This document shows positions 1-13,783 of a DNA stretch of 64,000 nt, in pieces. How positions within the stretch are numbered: position 1 is the stretch's first letter; the number at the start of each line of letters is the position of its first letter. This DNA comes from Azolla caroliniana (taxonomy: Eukaryota > Plantae > Polypodiophyta), in the NCBI GenBank assembly GCA_043228905.1, contig JBHGNT010000004.1, positions 6,138,001 to 6,202,000 on the forward strand, given 5' to 3'. A program made the translations under genes and the position numbers. The notes under the pieces were generated by a model that saw nothing but the letters and a program-made list of their open reading frames with translations, was not told where the DNA came from and did not search any database.

Positions 1-598
1 TAAAACCTAATGGCATTAACTGGTAGCAAAATGAGAATATTACACACATCACATATTTTGAAACAAAGTCTCAATTAAGGGAAGTGAATATTTATGTAAA
101 ATGCACCTGACACAACCATTCTGAAGTGAATTTTATCATTTGAATAAGGGTCAGGTAAAACGAGGCGCAAATTACATATAGCTGCTTTATTTACCTTTAA
201 GAGCATGTTTCAGATAGCTCTCTGTGACAACAGTACATAGAATAGAGGCAACCATAGAGGAAAATAAATTCATGGATTTTTAAGGCAAATAGAGATAGTA
301 ACATGAAACAGCAAGAAGAGTTAATCCCAAGATAACCAACCATTTAATAACAGACTGTAACAAAGTAATAAGCCAATTCAAACCAAAATAGATTCCTTGC
401 TATACTTTTAAGCACAGCATACATTCAATAAAAACTGCAACGATCAGCTAAAGCATTTCAATGATAACATTTAAAGCTCTTCAGCAAGAGCTTACATAGG
501 CACTTTACTCCTAATTTATAGAGAATATATGTTACTAATTGCAATACAAATATCTTACAGAAGTAGGACATACTGCTGTCTTCAAATGAAAATCTTAC

Positions 599-3500
599 TG
601 GATGAAAATTGATAGCATTCACTGCATATATATCATTGTTGTCCCTATGGCATTTGAAAGTGAAGTTTTTTGATTGTTGTGCTTCCTCAACATGTTGCAC
701 GGCTACTCTACCTTCTATTGATCCAAGCTGATAATGATTGGAAGGACAAGTTAGTATCCATCATATACAAAATAAATCATCTTCGTACTAGTTTTAAATT
801 TCCCCAGACTCACCAAAAAGCCTTGCTTGTCAGGAAATGTTGCCACACACCTTGTTTGGTACTTCAATGGTGATTGAATTCTCTTGTATTCTGTCTGAAG
901 ATCAAGAGATGGATACAGCTGAGTTTTATAGAAATACCTTTCAGAAAGCAAATCAAATGTATAACCACTGATTATAATACAGTGCTATAGGCAGGAAGTA
1001 TGAATAAGACCTACTAGAGCATCACCTGAAGACAGAATGATAAACAAAGCCAAAACATGTCATTCAGTCCTGTAGGCCAAACAGGCCTCCTCATAGCAAT
1101 CAACTTAAGCAATGAGCATCCCTTGTTAAAGGTTGGGTGATTCAAGGTTCCAATGATGAGTCTAGCTTCTTCAGCTTTTAGCTTTAAATACTATTCCTAG
1201 ATTGCTTGCTTACCATATACAGCAAACAGCATAGCCTAACACTGCTTTTAAAATGCAAAATCTTCATTTTCTTACCAAAGAGGATAATTACCTAAGTTTT
1301 AACATAAGTATTTCATGTATCCACCCAGAAATGTTACAACTAACAAGCCAAAAAGAATAGCACCTGAGGATTAGAGAGGTCAAATATAACAACATGACGT
1401 TCAGCAGTCGCAACCACCATCAAAGGATGCCGTATACTGATTGCATAGCATTTATCCGGAAGCATTTGCGTATGTACTGGGTTTGATTGCCGCAAGTCCC
1501 AATATCTATATCACATCCAAATAATACTCAACATACATCAAAGTATATCACAACAGTTTTTTAAAAGAAAAACCTCTGCTCATCAACAAAATCTCATTCT
1601 AAAAGGCATATGATCTGTACTTGAGTGTTTTGTCCCAGCTTCCAGTTACAAGAAGGTTCATTTGTGGAATCCATTCTATACCCTTTATAGGTGCCTCATG
1701 CATACCCACTGTAACAGCTTGACCACCAGATAGAAGTGGCCACATCTTGGCCTGTTTATCACATCCCCCTGAGAATACGGTGGTTCCATCATCTTTCCAT
1801 GCCGAGCATAAAACCTTCACGATGAATCATGATGTTGTATCAAAGACTCGAGGATTCTTGAAAAAGTTGGATAAAACAGAATGGCTTCACTTACTGGTTG
1901 ATCATGTGAGATCGCTGCCATTGGAACACTTGCCCCATTTTGCTGAATCTCCCAGCAACGAACCTAACAATAGCAATATCACTAGACCCACTTATATAGA
2001 ATAAAGGCAATTAAAATTTCAAACAGCAGAGTTTCTTTAATGACCATGAACCTGGTTATCCCAAGATGTGGCCACTAAATAATTTGCCTTGGGACTGAAG
2101 CTAAGACTTGAAATCCCATCTGATGGAGGCTGAGAAACCTACATCAATTAATATATTTACATCAGAAAAGTATTGCTCAGAGCTTGGACTACAGTTTACT
2201 ATGTTCTATGTCCAGAAAAGGAACAAGATTTGTTGTTCTTTAATTTTAAAATTGAGATTAAGATATTACGACGTTTCAATTTATTCGATTTCTTTGAATA
2301 AATATAAATAACAAGAAAAAGAAACATCAATGTCCGCTAATAGATACAATTATTTAGTGGAAGTATTGCGAATAACTACCAATGACCACATGGAGAAATA
2401 TGTTCCTCTTTCAATAAACATGAATAACACAAAAAAAGCCCATGGTCCAAGAACAGAAAGTATTGAGGATAACTACCAATGACCACATGGAGAAATCAAT
2501 CATTGGTGATAATATTTATAAGAGTGTGACATCAATGGTCAGACACAGCTTTCACCAAAAATGTATGTCTCAATTTTTAACCTACTCTGATGAGAAAGCA
2601 ATCATTGGTGATGATACTTATAAGAGTGTGACCTCCAAGATCAGACACAGCTTTCAACAAAAATGTATGTCTCAATTTTTAACCTACTCTGATGAGGAAG
2701 CAGTCATTGGTGATGATATTTATAAGAGTGTGACCTCAAAGATCAGACACAGCTTTCAACAAAATGTACGTCTCAATTTTTAATGTGCTCTAATGAGAAA
2801 GAAAATGAGGATATGGAAAGAAATAATCACAAGATATCTTTGACCAAGAATAGTTTACAGTTCAAGGAATCGGGCTGACAAGGGAGGCGAAAGCAAATCC
2901 ACTCTCGAAGTTAATTGCCTCATACAAGTACTAAAGATTTTTTCTGATATCAAGAGTAAGAATCTGTCTTGGACAACCTATCTTGGACGAAGGAAGAATG
3001 AGCTCGGAAGTTGCTAATGGTTTTTCCTGTGTTTTAATTTCATGTCATGTTCCATATTATAGAATATCACATTTGTGAGCTTGATTATGCAATTCTTGTA
3101 AAGTTTACAAATTTTTCACATTAATATACATATTATATGTGACGGCTTTCCACGTCCATCAAAGCAATGTCCGTGAGGAGCTAGTTCTTACCTTAACTCT
3201 GAAAAGCTTTCTTACATTGTAAACATGATGTGACATTTACAAGCTTAATTGCGCAACTTCTGTAAGTTACAGCTCTTCTTACATCAAAGTGGTTATACAT
3301 AGAGTAAAGTAAGCTATTCCACCTGAAACATAATGTGCGTTTCTCCAGGCAAAAAGATATGCTAGGATTTTATGTCCTTTATTGAAGATTTACATTCCCA
3401 AATAGACAGCAATAATCTGTGAATAAACTAGATCTTACTTAATTCTAAATCCATTTTCTGCACTAATCACGATGTCCAATGGAAAGCTTAGTTACGCAAA

Positions 3501-4321
3501 TTCTGTAAGTTTCATTGCTTCTCCAAACATGTTTTTCGCATCAAATTAAATCAAGTTCCTTCCATGAAATCTAATGTGAATGCTAAAACAATGCCTTCAA
3601 CAGTGAATAACCAGTGATTGTAGCCTTTTTTCCTGAAGCATAATGTCACTGCTAAATAGATGCCTTGGGTGATAAAAAAATGTTATTTTTTCGTCCTATT
3701 TTACTGTTATTGAAGATTCCCATGCACTTCAACGAGCAAAGAACTGTGAGGAAACTAGATCTTACCTAAACTCCAAATCCATTCTTCCATGCTAGTCATT
3801 AAACATGGTAAAACATTGCGTATCATGCATCAATTTCCAATTTTAATCAAGTGTTTCTCCAGAAGCCTAATGTGACTTCTAAACCGATGCCTTCCACAGG
3901 AAAGAAAAATGCTCGTTTTTCTGCTCCTATCTTCTATCAAAGATTTCCATGTCAAACTAAACAGCAAAATGACCTTTAAGGAGCTACATCTTACTACAAA
4001 CCTGAAGCTATGTTTACACACGACACGATTTCTCACAAGTTTCACTGCTCTTTTAACCACGTGTTAAAACGGAGTTTTTTTCTCCCAGAAGCACAATGGT
4101 GGTTCACAAAGGGATTGATTCGACAGGAAAACAACGGCATATTTCTTTTCTTTTTTCTGCACCTATTTTGGAGTCATAGACGGATCCCGTCTAAATAAAA
4201 GAGAAGGAGGGAACAATTGATATATATAATGGGAGAGGAATTGGATAGTTTAGTTACTTACTTCCACGGATTTGTTGGGATTGTGTGGTGATGTGGCGGC
4301 GATGGTGCTGAACGTCGACAT
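599..4321 (-). CDS. RAE1: RAE1/Gle2 WD40 mRNA export factor, first 7 coding exons (3' exons beyond left edge)
   Basis: GT-AG exons 4262-4321 ([20 protein letters not shown]), 2052-2138 ([29 protein letters not shown]), 1895-1963 (VRCWEIQ..HDQP), 1621-1814 ([39 protein letters not shown]), 1364-1505 (YWDLRQSNP..), 814-894 ([16 protein letters not shown]..), 599-727 ([20 protein letters not shown]) splice in frame and match plant RAE1 motifs. Confidence 0.93.
2499..2790. repeat. ~3 x 102-bp tandem minisatellite in RAE1 intron 1
   Basis: Unit ATCATTGGTGAT(A/G)ATA(T/C)TTATAAGAGTGTGAC...CCTACTCTGATGAG repeated; gives the 34-aa periodicity of spurious ORF 2442..2783. Confidence 0.85.
3225..4045. 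repeat. Old degenerate ~250-330 bp tandem repeats in RAE1 intron 1
   Basis: Recurring blocks AAGCTTA(A/G)TT..CTGTAAGTT, TATTGAAGATT and AAACTAGATCTTAC..AAATCCATT at ~3240/3485, ~3380/3710 and ~3425/3755. Confidence 0.55.
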
Positions 4322-4358
4322 CTCTGCAGGAAAGGACTCTCAAACGAAGAAGAAGCAG

Positions 4359-4370
4359 CTCTCTCTCTCT

Positions 4371-4402
<32 letters not shown>
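4359..4402. repeat. (CT)n microsatellite in RAE1 5' UTR/promoter
   Basis: CT run about 40-80 bp upstream of the ATG (GA-repeat on the gene strand). Confidence 0.8.
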
Positions 4403-4409
<7 letters not shown>

Positions 4410-4814
4410 AACCTAATGAAGAAATAAGTGAGATAGTAAATTTAAATCGAATCAAATCAATTCTTAATCTCAAATTAGTTGTTAATTATGGAATTAGTTG
4501 CTAATTGCAGTTGTTAATTAAGATCCACAACACCGATTAAAATTACCCTCCGCTAATCATGCTATGAGGACAGCCCCTTTCATTTGCTACATCAATCAAT
4601 CGACAACAACTTCGGCCCCAACACTTCACCTTTACTTATCTGGTCATGCTCTTTTTTGAAAAATGGTCAATTGTGAGCCATATAGTTAAGGTCCAAGGAA
4701 TGAGAACCCATCAATTAACCCTCTTCATAGACCTAGTTCCTAGTTCCTATATCTAGTTATTATATGAGTCCATCATTTACAATCATAATGTTTGGCTATT
4801 TTTAATATTCTTAG

Positions 4815-5170
4815 TGTGAGATCGCATTATTAGTGCTTGGTTATCCTCCATTATAGATCAAGATCGAGTACATAGGAACAATGGGAAAACCATGGTCTAG
4901 TAGTCTGACCAACTACAGTTGGGTCTTCAACTACACCGAAACAACCAAGCTTAAGAGGACACACAATTGACCTTGAGGGGGCGTGTTGAGAATCAAGCTC
5001 AACTTGTGTGAACATGTGCTTATGAAGAAAAGGACGATGTGTTAAAAAGTGTGTGAGCACACTTTATTGTAATCCATGTAGTTGTCGAGTGTTAATGTAG
5101 TAAAAGAATATTAGATATTCTTATTACAAAATTGTACTCAAGTGGATATCTTGGTTATTCCACCAACACA
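4815..5170. mobile_element. Possible degenerate solo LTR
   Basis: Begins TGTGAG, ends CCAACACA, has LTR-like TTGTAA motifs; flanks CTTAG/TTTAA differ by two transitions. Confidence 0.25.
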
Positions 5171-5669
5171 TTTAATATGGTAGTCCATTGAGAACTTGCA
5201 TAGGAATTGCACGCTCCCTATGCGCAATGCTCGGCCACAATCGAGCTTATAATCATACACAGAAAACGAGAAATGAAACACACGACACAAAGGCGAGAAG
5301 AGTACACAGGATGTTTACGTGGAAAACCCAAACTAGGGAAAAACCACGGCAGCCCATAGGCTGCAAACTATCACTATGTTACAATGTACAACAGTAAAGC
5401 ACCGAGGCAACAACCTCAAGCTTTCTATCTTCGCCACAAGCGGCGGTTACAACAGAGGCAACGACCTCTTCCTCTCTCTCTCTCTCTCTCTCTCTTTGTA
5501 CATAGTTATGAGCTCTGATCTTGCGCAAACAAGAATAACAACAACACACTAAAAGTTTGCCCTAAGTTATATTTATATTAATATGACTTTTCGGCTATTT
5601 ACAAATATAGCCACGATGGACTCTCAGAAAACATATTTACGAATATGTCTCTTCATCCGGTGAGCACTC

Positions 5670-5885
5670 CTCACCGGGTTTGCACCATCCGGCTCTCCGT
5701 AGTCGAGTACTCCTCATTCGGTTCTCACCGGGTCTGCACCATCCGGCTCTCCGTAGTCGGGTACTCCTCATCCGGTTCTCACCGGGTCTGCACCATCCGA
5801 CTCTCCGTAGTCGGGTACTCCTCATCCGGTTCTCACCGGGTCTGCACCATCCGGCTCTCCGAAGCTGGGTACTCCTCATCCGGAT
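5670..5885. repeat. 4 x 54-bp tandem repeat in U3 of Copia A 3' LTR (1 copy in the 5' LTR)
   Basis: Unit TCACCGGGTCTGCACCATCCGGCTCTCCGTAGTCGGGTACTCCTCATCCGGTTC starting 5671, 5725, 5779, 5833. Confidence 0.9.
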
Positions 5886-5979
5886 TCGGCCTCGGCCGAG
5901 TTTGCTCATCAGCACTGTTATTCTCCCTTCCCATCCGGAGGGACCTGTCTCCCAACAAACTCCCCCTTCACTCCGGCAT

Positions 5980-8900
5980 GGGGTGTCTTACTAGTCCGAT
6001 CCGCTTTCGGCATGCATCCAGCTTGTCGGGTATCAACACTTTGGTCAGCATATCTGACCCGTTCTCGGCCGTGTGGATCTTCGTCAGCGCGAACTCCTGG
6101 TCATCTACTCTTTCCCGGATCCAGTGATATCTTCGCTGGATATGCTTCGTCCGGGAATGGTAGGCCGCATTCTTAGCAAGATGGATGGCACTTTAACTGT
6201 CGCAGTAGAGCCAGTATTCATCTTGCCTGATACCGAGCTCTCCGATGAAGTCCTTCATCCATAATATTTCCTTGCCGGCTTCCACAGCCGCCATGTACTC
6301 CGCCTCCGTGGTTGACAACGCAACCGTCTTCTGCAGTCTCGACTGCCACGAAACAGCTCCCCCTGCATATGTCATTACATACCGGGATGTAGACCGGCTG
6401 GTATCCACATCAGCCGACATGTCCGAATCGATGAAACCATCAAGTTGAGGTTTTCCGGAGCCGAATCAGAGACACATATTGGTAGTGCCCTTCAAGTACC
6501 GGAGTATCCATTTGACCACGCTCCAGTGCTCCTTGCCGGGATTGCTCATAAACCGGCTCACCACTCCGACTACGTATCCTATATCCGGTCGGGTACAAAC
6601 CATTGCGTACATTAAGCTCCCAACGACAGAGGCATATGGAAATTTCATCATATCCGCCTTCTCTGCTTTCGTCTTCGGGCTTTGCTTACCGTATAGCCTG
6701 CAGTTTGCCGGAAGTGTCGATCCGACCGGTTTCGTGTCTGACATGTTGAACCGCTGAAGCACCTTTGTCACGTATTTCTCCTGTGACAGCCACATTTGCT
6801 TCATTGGCCAGTTCCGGATGATATGCATCCCCAACATCTGTCTTACCGGACCCAAGTCTTTCATTGAGAAGGTCCGGTTGAGAGCCTTCTTCAGCATCCG
6901 GATTTTGGCTTGGTCTCGTCCGACGATCAACATGTTGTCCACGTACAGAAGGAGTATCAGGAAGTCGCCTCCTTTGAACTTCTTCACAAACACACAGTGA
7001 TCGACCTACGTCTTGTGGTACCCTTGATCGGTCATGAAGGAGTCGAACTTCCAGTACCATTGTCGGGGAGCCTGCTTCAGTCCATACAGGCTCTTCTTCA
7101 ACCGGCAAACCAAGTGCTCCTTCCCTTTCTCCACGAATCCTTCCGGTTGCTGCATGTAGATCTCCTCTTCGAGGTCACCGTGAAGGAATGTCGTCTTCAC
7201 GTCCAGCTGCTCTACCTCGAGGTCCATGCTTGCCGCTATACTCAGCACCGTCTGGATGGAGGTCATCTTTACTACTGGGGCAAATATCTCGTCGAAGTTC
7301 ACGCCCTTCTTCTGTTGGAACCCCTTCACCACGATCTTGGCTTTGTATCTCGGGGGGTTGCCGACATCTCCTGGTTTCAACTTGTACACCCACTTGTTTC
7401 GAAGTGCCCGCTTTCCTTTCGACAACTCCACTAATTCGTACGTATGGTTCTCATGCAGGGAATCCATCTCATCCTGCATGGCACTTAACCATTTGCGGAT
7501 GTGGGTGTCATCCTTCGCTTCTTCGAAGCTTTCCAGCTCCCCCTCATCGGTCAGCAGAACATGCTCTGCATCCGGAAATCTCCGGGGGGGCCTTCTCTCT
7601 CTGAGAGGATATCTCCATCTTCGGGCTTCGGTAACCGGCTCCTCCATTTGCTCTTCATCCGAATCCGATTCGGGGTCTTGGCCGGTTCCGGTTTCAGCTT
7701 CCTCTACTTCTTCTTCAGCCTGTTCGGTATCCTCACTGTAACCGGTTGGTCCCTCGAGTGCTAACCGGTCTCTTGCCGGTTGGGTCTGCTCATCGTAGAA
7801 TCGATCCTTACCGGTCGACTCGGAGTTCAGTATCTTCTTATCCGACTCCCAGTCGGCGAGCGTCTTGTCCTCCATGAAGATAATATCTTGACTCCGGAAT
7901 ACCTTCTTGTCGACCAGGTCCCACACTCGGTAGCCGAACTCATCGTCACCGTAACCGAGGAATATGCATGGCCGGGTCTTCGGATCTAGTTTTCCTGTCC
8001 GGTCCTTAGCTACATGCACATACGCAAGACACCCGAATACTTTCAGATGCTGGTAGGACACTTCCTTACCGGTCCAGACTCTTTGTGGCGTGTCTCCGTC
8101 CAAGGGTACTGAAGGTGATCTGTTTATCACATATGTCGCCGTCGACAGTGCCTAAGCCCAAAACTTCTTGGGTAGTTTTGCATGCGCCAACATACTCCGG
8201 ACCCTCTCCATTATGGTCTGGTTCATCCTCTCGGCCAGCCCGTTTAGTTCCGGCATCTTCGGCACGATGAATTCGAGCTGGATTCCCTTCGAGCGATAGT
8301 ACTCCTCGAACTACCCCCGGTATTCACCTCCGTTGTCTGCTCAAACCGCCTTCAGCTTCCGGCCGGTTTCTCTTTCCACTCTCGCGTGGAGCTCTTTGAA
8401 GACGGATAGCACATGATCCTTCGTCTTCAATGGTGTGGCCCACAGCTTCCGGCTATGGTCATCTATGAATGTCACGAAGTACTGCGATCCTGCATGTGAC
8501 TTCGTGTCCACTTGACACACATCAGTATGCACCAACTCCAGTGCTGCATTACGTCTCATCGGTGGCCTTGGTTGGAAGGAGGTCCGGTTTTGCTTACCGG
8601 CCAGACAATCAGTGCACTTCTCCAAGTGCACGTTCTTCACTGGAATGAGGTTGTCGTCTGCAAGCCTCTTCATCCCCTTCTCACTCATGTGACACAGCCT
8701 TTTGTGCCACAGTTCACCGGCAGTGTCGGATGCCATGTTCACTTCCTCTGGACATAACCGGGCATTCATCAGGTAAAGTGTGTTGACCTTCCAGGCTCGA
8801 GCCACAATCAGGCTCCCTTTGCTGAATTTCATGACACCGTTCTAGATGCTACCCGTGTAGCCTTCATCATCTAGCCGTCCGGCTGATATCAGGTTCAGAT

Positions 8901-10014
8901 GAACCTCCGGAACGTGTCGAACATCCTTCAGCAGCAACTTGCATCCGGTTGGTGTTGTCAGCCACACGTCTCCTATGCCGACAATTCGGCATGTACCTTC
9001 ATTCCCCATCCGAACACAACCGTGATCACCGGCTGAGTAGGACGAGAAGCATTTCCGGTCTGGGGTAAGGTGGAACGACGCTCCGGAGTCTACCACCCAG
9101 GTCATCTCGTCGCCGGCAAGGTTTATCTCACTCTCCTCGGTGATGAGCATCAACTCTTCTTCACTTGTCGCGATTGCCATCGTTCCCTTCCGGTCCGGGC
9201 CCCTCCGGTCTTTACCGTTCCGGTCCGAGGTCCGCTTCGAATCGGTACCGTAGGTTTCCTTCTCTTTTCGGAAATGCCGATAGTTCTTCTGGAAGTGTCC
9301 CGACTTGCCGCAATAGAAGCAAGTGGGCCTCCCCCTTGACTTAGAACGTGTCCCCAACTTCTCCCGGTTCTGGGGACTACGGTTCCTTTGTCTTCCGCGT
9401 TCCGATTCGGTAAGGAGCGCTTTGGAGTCGGAGCTCATATCCTTATCTTTCCGACGCGCCTCCTCATCCAGCAAGCTCGACTTCACTCTTGCTAGGGATA
9501 ACCATTTTCCTTCCGGCCCGACGTTGCCCAAAGTGACAACCAATGTCTCCCAGCTATCCGGGAGGGAACCGAGCAGGAGTAGCGCTAGTACCTCATCGGC
9601 GAGAGGTACTTCCAATGATGTTGCCTGGTGGATCAGCCCCTGGAAGGCATTCATGTGCTCCGCCATGCTGGAGCCATCTTGGTACCGGAGTCTTACTAGC
9701 TTCCGGAATATCGAAACCTGATTCACAACATTTTTGTTTTGAAACATAATGCCGATCTTCTCCCAGAGCTCATGAGCCTTGCTTTCTTCATTGAAGTTGT
9801 TGTATAGGCTCATGTCGATGAAGCACCGTATGTACACCGTTGTCTTCATGTGCATCACCTCCCATATTGTGGCATCGATTTTGTCCGGTCTCTTGTCCCC
9901 GAACTGAACCGGCAACCAAAGATCTTTAACCACGAGCATGTCCCTCATCTTCGACTTCCACACTGAATAGTTGGAGCCGGTGACCTTGAACATGCCTCCT
10001 AACGAATCGTCCAT
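5980..10014 (-). pseudogene. Copia A gag-pol polyprotein, disrupted by stops/frameshifts
   Basis: Gag with zinc knuckle, protease WVVDSGASFH, GAG-pre-integrase WHKRLCH, integrase LVHTDVC, RT QLDVKTTFLHG/LLYVDN, RNase H SSTTEAEY-like STTEAEY; left end approximate. Confidence 0.9.
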
Positions 10015-11222
10015 TTTCTGTGTCGTTTTGCTCTAATACCACTTGCTAGGAATTGCACGCTCCCTATGCGCAACGCTCGGCCACAACCGAGCTTAGAATC
10101 ATACACAGAAAACGGGAAATGAAACACACGACACAAAGGCGAGAAGAGTACACATGATGTTTACGTGGAAAACCCAAACTAGGGAAAAACCATGGCAGCC
10201 CACATGCTGCAAACTATCACTATGCTATAGTGTACAATAGTAAAGCACCGAGGCAACAACCTCGAGCTTTCTATCTTCGCCACAGGCGGCGGTTACAACA
10301 GAGGCAACGGCCTCTTCCTCTCTCTCTCTCTCTCTTTGTACACAGTTATGAGCTCTGATCTTGCGCAAACAAGAATAACAACAACACACTAAAAGTTTGC
10401 CCTAAGTCATATTTATACTAATATGACTTTTCAGCTATTTACAAATATAGCCACGATGGACTCTCAGAAAACATATTTACGAATATGTCTCTTCATCCGG
10501 TGAGCACTCCTCACCGGGTCTGCACCATTCGGCTCTCCGAAGCCGGGTACTCCTCATCCGGATTCGGCCTTGGCCGAGTTTGCTCATCAGCACTGTTCTT
10601 CTCCCTTCCCATCCGGAGGGACCTGTCTCCCAACAACTTTGTACATACTAATGTGCTCAGAGAGCACTTTTATACAAGTCCTTAAAAGGAATGACAAAAG
10701 TACTGACATGTACCTCAATGTTCATAACTGAGTGACTGACACTGACTCCTAAAACTATGCCTATCTATGAGGCTAGTGTAGGGAATGAACAAGGCCGTCA
10801 GTGCGGAAGAGATCACACAGTATGATACTATGAGGAAGAAAATACCTGCGTATGAGAAGGGCAACAACTCTATCAATGAACATCCAACCTTTACAAAAGG
10901 TTACAAAGTCACTATATATAGTGACTCACTTAGGGCAACTACCCTTTAAGTTATTTACAGAAATAGCCCGAACTTGGGCTCTCTAAGAGGATAGTGTGAA
11001 TACGTCCATTATACATTTGTATTCGACACTCCCCCGTAATGGGCGTATACATGGGCTATCTGAAAAAATACAGGTATAGGCATAGGTTCTCAGACGGATC
11101 GGTTTTGTTCGAATCGGCATGATCCGAAACAAAAGACCGAACCGGTCGGGTCGGAAAAGCTGAAGCCGATCGTCAGTGAACCGATGTCTGTTGTCTGAAA
11201 CCGTCCTGCACTATGTCCGGGT

Positions 11223-13418
11223 TCAACCTGACTGATATGTTGTTACGCCCATCTGTTGCCGAAGAGACCGGAATCGGTCTGCCGAAAGACACTTGGTCAT
11301 TCCATCTGCGACATTATCGGTTGTGGATATCTTCTCTAAACCGATTTTCCCGGAAATGACGCAGTCCCGAACGAAGTGATATCGAATTTCAATATGCTTG
11401 GAGGCGTTGTGATGAACCGGATTTTTCGACAAAGCAACAACACTCTGATTGTCGTTGTAGACAACTGGAGCCGAGTCGGAGTCGACTTGCCGAAATGTGT
11501 GCACCAGCCGACCGAGCCATAAAGCTTCTTTCGCTATGTCTGAGGTAGCTACATATTCTGCTTCGGTCGTTGAGGTGGTTGTGCACACCTGAAGTTTCGA
11601 CTTCCACAAGATTGCTCCATTGCCGAATTTAAAGCAATATTCGGTTATAGACTTGCGACTATCCACACAGCCGGCGAAGTCCGAGTCGGTGTAACTGGCT
11701 ATGCCTGAAGTTGAGTTCGGACCGAAAAGGATGCCGTGGTCTTTTGTGCCGGCTAAATATCTGAACACATGCTTGACTGCGTTCCAGTGCGATCGGCCGG
11801 GATTGTGCATAAATCTGCTGATGACTCCTACGGTGTGAGAAATATCAGGCCGTGTCGCGACCATCGCGTACATCAGAGAGCCTACTGCCGGTGCATACGG
11901 TACCGACTTCATGTCTTCCCCCTCCGGACCGGATGTTGGGTAGTCTTGCTGAGAAAGCCGAAGATGAACGGGGAGCGGGGTCGAAGCAGACTTGGCCGAT
12001 TGCATGTTGAAGCGTTCCAAGACACGTCCGATGTAGTCGGTTTGAGACAGAAAAAGCTGTCTTTTGGCGCGATTCCGACTAATCTTCATTCCAAGTATGT
12101 GTCTTGCCGGACCGAGGTCCTTCATGGCAAACGTCAATCGCAGTTTCCGAACGAGTTCGGTGAGCTCTCCGGTATGCCGACCGGAGAGTAGCATGTCGTC
12201 CACGTAGATGATGAGGAAGACGGGAGAACCGTCTTGAGCTGTTTTGGTGAAGAGGCAGTGGTCCTCATCGCTCTTGGAGAAGCCGACCGACTGGATGAAG
12301 TCGTCGAACTTCTTGTACCAATGTCAGGGTGCCTGTTTCATACCGTAGAGACTCTTCCTGAGTCGGTAGACTAGATGTTCCTGGCCGGTGGCCACAAAGC
12401 CTTTCGGCTGCTCCATGTAGATTTCCTCCTTTAGATCACCGTGGAGGAATGTCGTTTTCACATCTAGCTGAATCAGCTCCAAATTGTCGGCAGCCACAAC
12501 ACCGAGCATGAAACGAAGGGTGGTCATTTTCACCACTGGTGAAAAGATTTCGTCGAAGTCGACGCCATATTCCTGTTGAAATCCCTTCGCAACTAATCTG
12601 GCCTTGTACTTTGGGGTGGTCGAGTCGGACGTCACCTTTAGTCTATAGACCCACTTGCAAGGAAGAGCACGTCGGTTCTTCGGTAAGTCGACCAGATCCC
12701 AAGTTTTGTTGGCGTGGATGGAGTGCATTTCCGACTCCATTGCCAGATGCTAGGTGGCTGAATCGGCAGTTGCCGATGCTTCTTCGTAGGACGTCGGTTC
12801 ACCGGCGTCGGTGAAGAAAATGCCGGGAGAGTACCTCTCCAGAGGTTGCGACAGTCTCTCGGATCTTCGAGGTATGACTGGGCTGGTCGCACCGGGTGTC
12901 GATGTCGGATGGTCGGAAGCCGAGCCATTCGGCTATGCCGAATCTGTGGATTCGGTGCGAGAGAAGTCGGTTACCTGTGAAACCGGTCTCGTGTTGTGTG
13001 TTGGGCCGTCATGAAGGGTTGGCACTTCGGAAAATATTACCCTTTGGACTTCGATAGGCCTTTCGGCCATTTTGTGCATAGTTGACTCGTTGAACACGAC
13101 GTTCGAACTTCGGACGATTTGCCTGTGCTCAGGGTCCCAGAGTCGGTATCCGATCTCGCCGTCGGGTCCATACCCGAGGAAAACGCATTTCCTTGATCTC
13201 AGTTCGAGTTTTCGGCGGTCGTCTTTCAGTATGAGGGCGTATGCCTCGCAACCGAAAATCCTCAGCTTGTCATAATTCGGCTTTCTACCGGTTCATATTT
13301 CCTGAGGTATCTTAAGTCCTAGAGGTCTACTTGGCGACATATTGATTATGTGTACTGCCGTGAGTAGAGCCTCTGCCCAAAAGCCATCCGACAGTCCGGA
13401 GTGTTGGAGCATGGATAC
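11223..13418 (-). pseudogene. Copia B integrase C-terminus, RT and RNase H
   Basis: ORFs 12324-12740 (YKARLVAKG, QLDVKTTFLHG) and 11223-12203 (YVDD region, YTDSDFAG, KHIEIRYHFVR). Confidence 0.9.
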
Positions 13419-13517
13419 TGTCATGAACAGTACTGAGACAGAGAAGGAATTAGTACTAAACGAAGGATTAGTACTATGAGAGGTGTGGAACTTCTTCGAG
13501 AGAAGGAAGAAGTGAGC

Positions 13518-13565
<48 letters not shown>

Positions 13566-13783
13566 TGATAAGAAAGATATTTATTATATGAAGAGAATAT
13601 ACAACGGTGGCTAAAAGGCTTAAGACTGGCGTTGAACCAATTTGGTTCAACATAATGCCTAGTGCCCTCTTTTATAGTGTTTTCAGGAGTAATCCTGAAG
13701 CTTCTAGAATGTTCCAGAGAAATCTGGAATATACACTAATTTCCTATAATAAAATGTAAATGAAAATAATATCCTACGTATTA

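Larger units (their letters stand above)
5197..10635 (-). mobile_element. Ty1/Copia LTR retrotransposon A (full length, degenerate)
   Basis: LTRs 5197-5957 and 10044-10635; PBS TGGTATTAGAGC (tRNA-iMet, 1 mismatch) at 10030-10041; PPT AAGGGGGAGTT next to the left LTR; order gag-PR-INT-RT-RH; no clean TSD. Confidence 0.92.

Noticed and set aside
1-598. Further RAE1 exon (expected ..TFATAGSDG..)
   Set aside because: No such peptide is visible on the minus strand; the region looks like AT-rich intron.
2442-2783. 113-aa ORF with 34-aa repeats (TPR/PPR-like length)
   Set aside because: Antisense within the RAE1 intron; produced by the 102-bp minisatellite; no repeat-protein consensus.
5670-5885. 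54-bp repeats as a CRISPR array or repeat protein (ORFs 5637-6127)
   Set aside because: No unique spacers; the array is head-to-tail inside an LTR; the ORFs result from a unit length divisible by 3.
5190-10640. TSD for Copia A
   Set aside because: Flanks GAACT and ACTTT do not form a clean 5-bp duplication, and the left flank does not continue the Copia C LTR.
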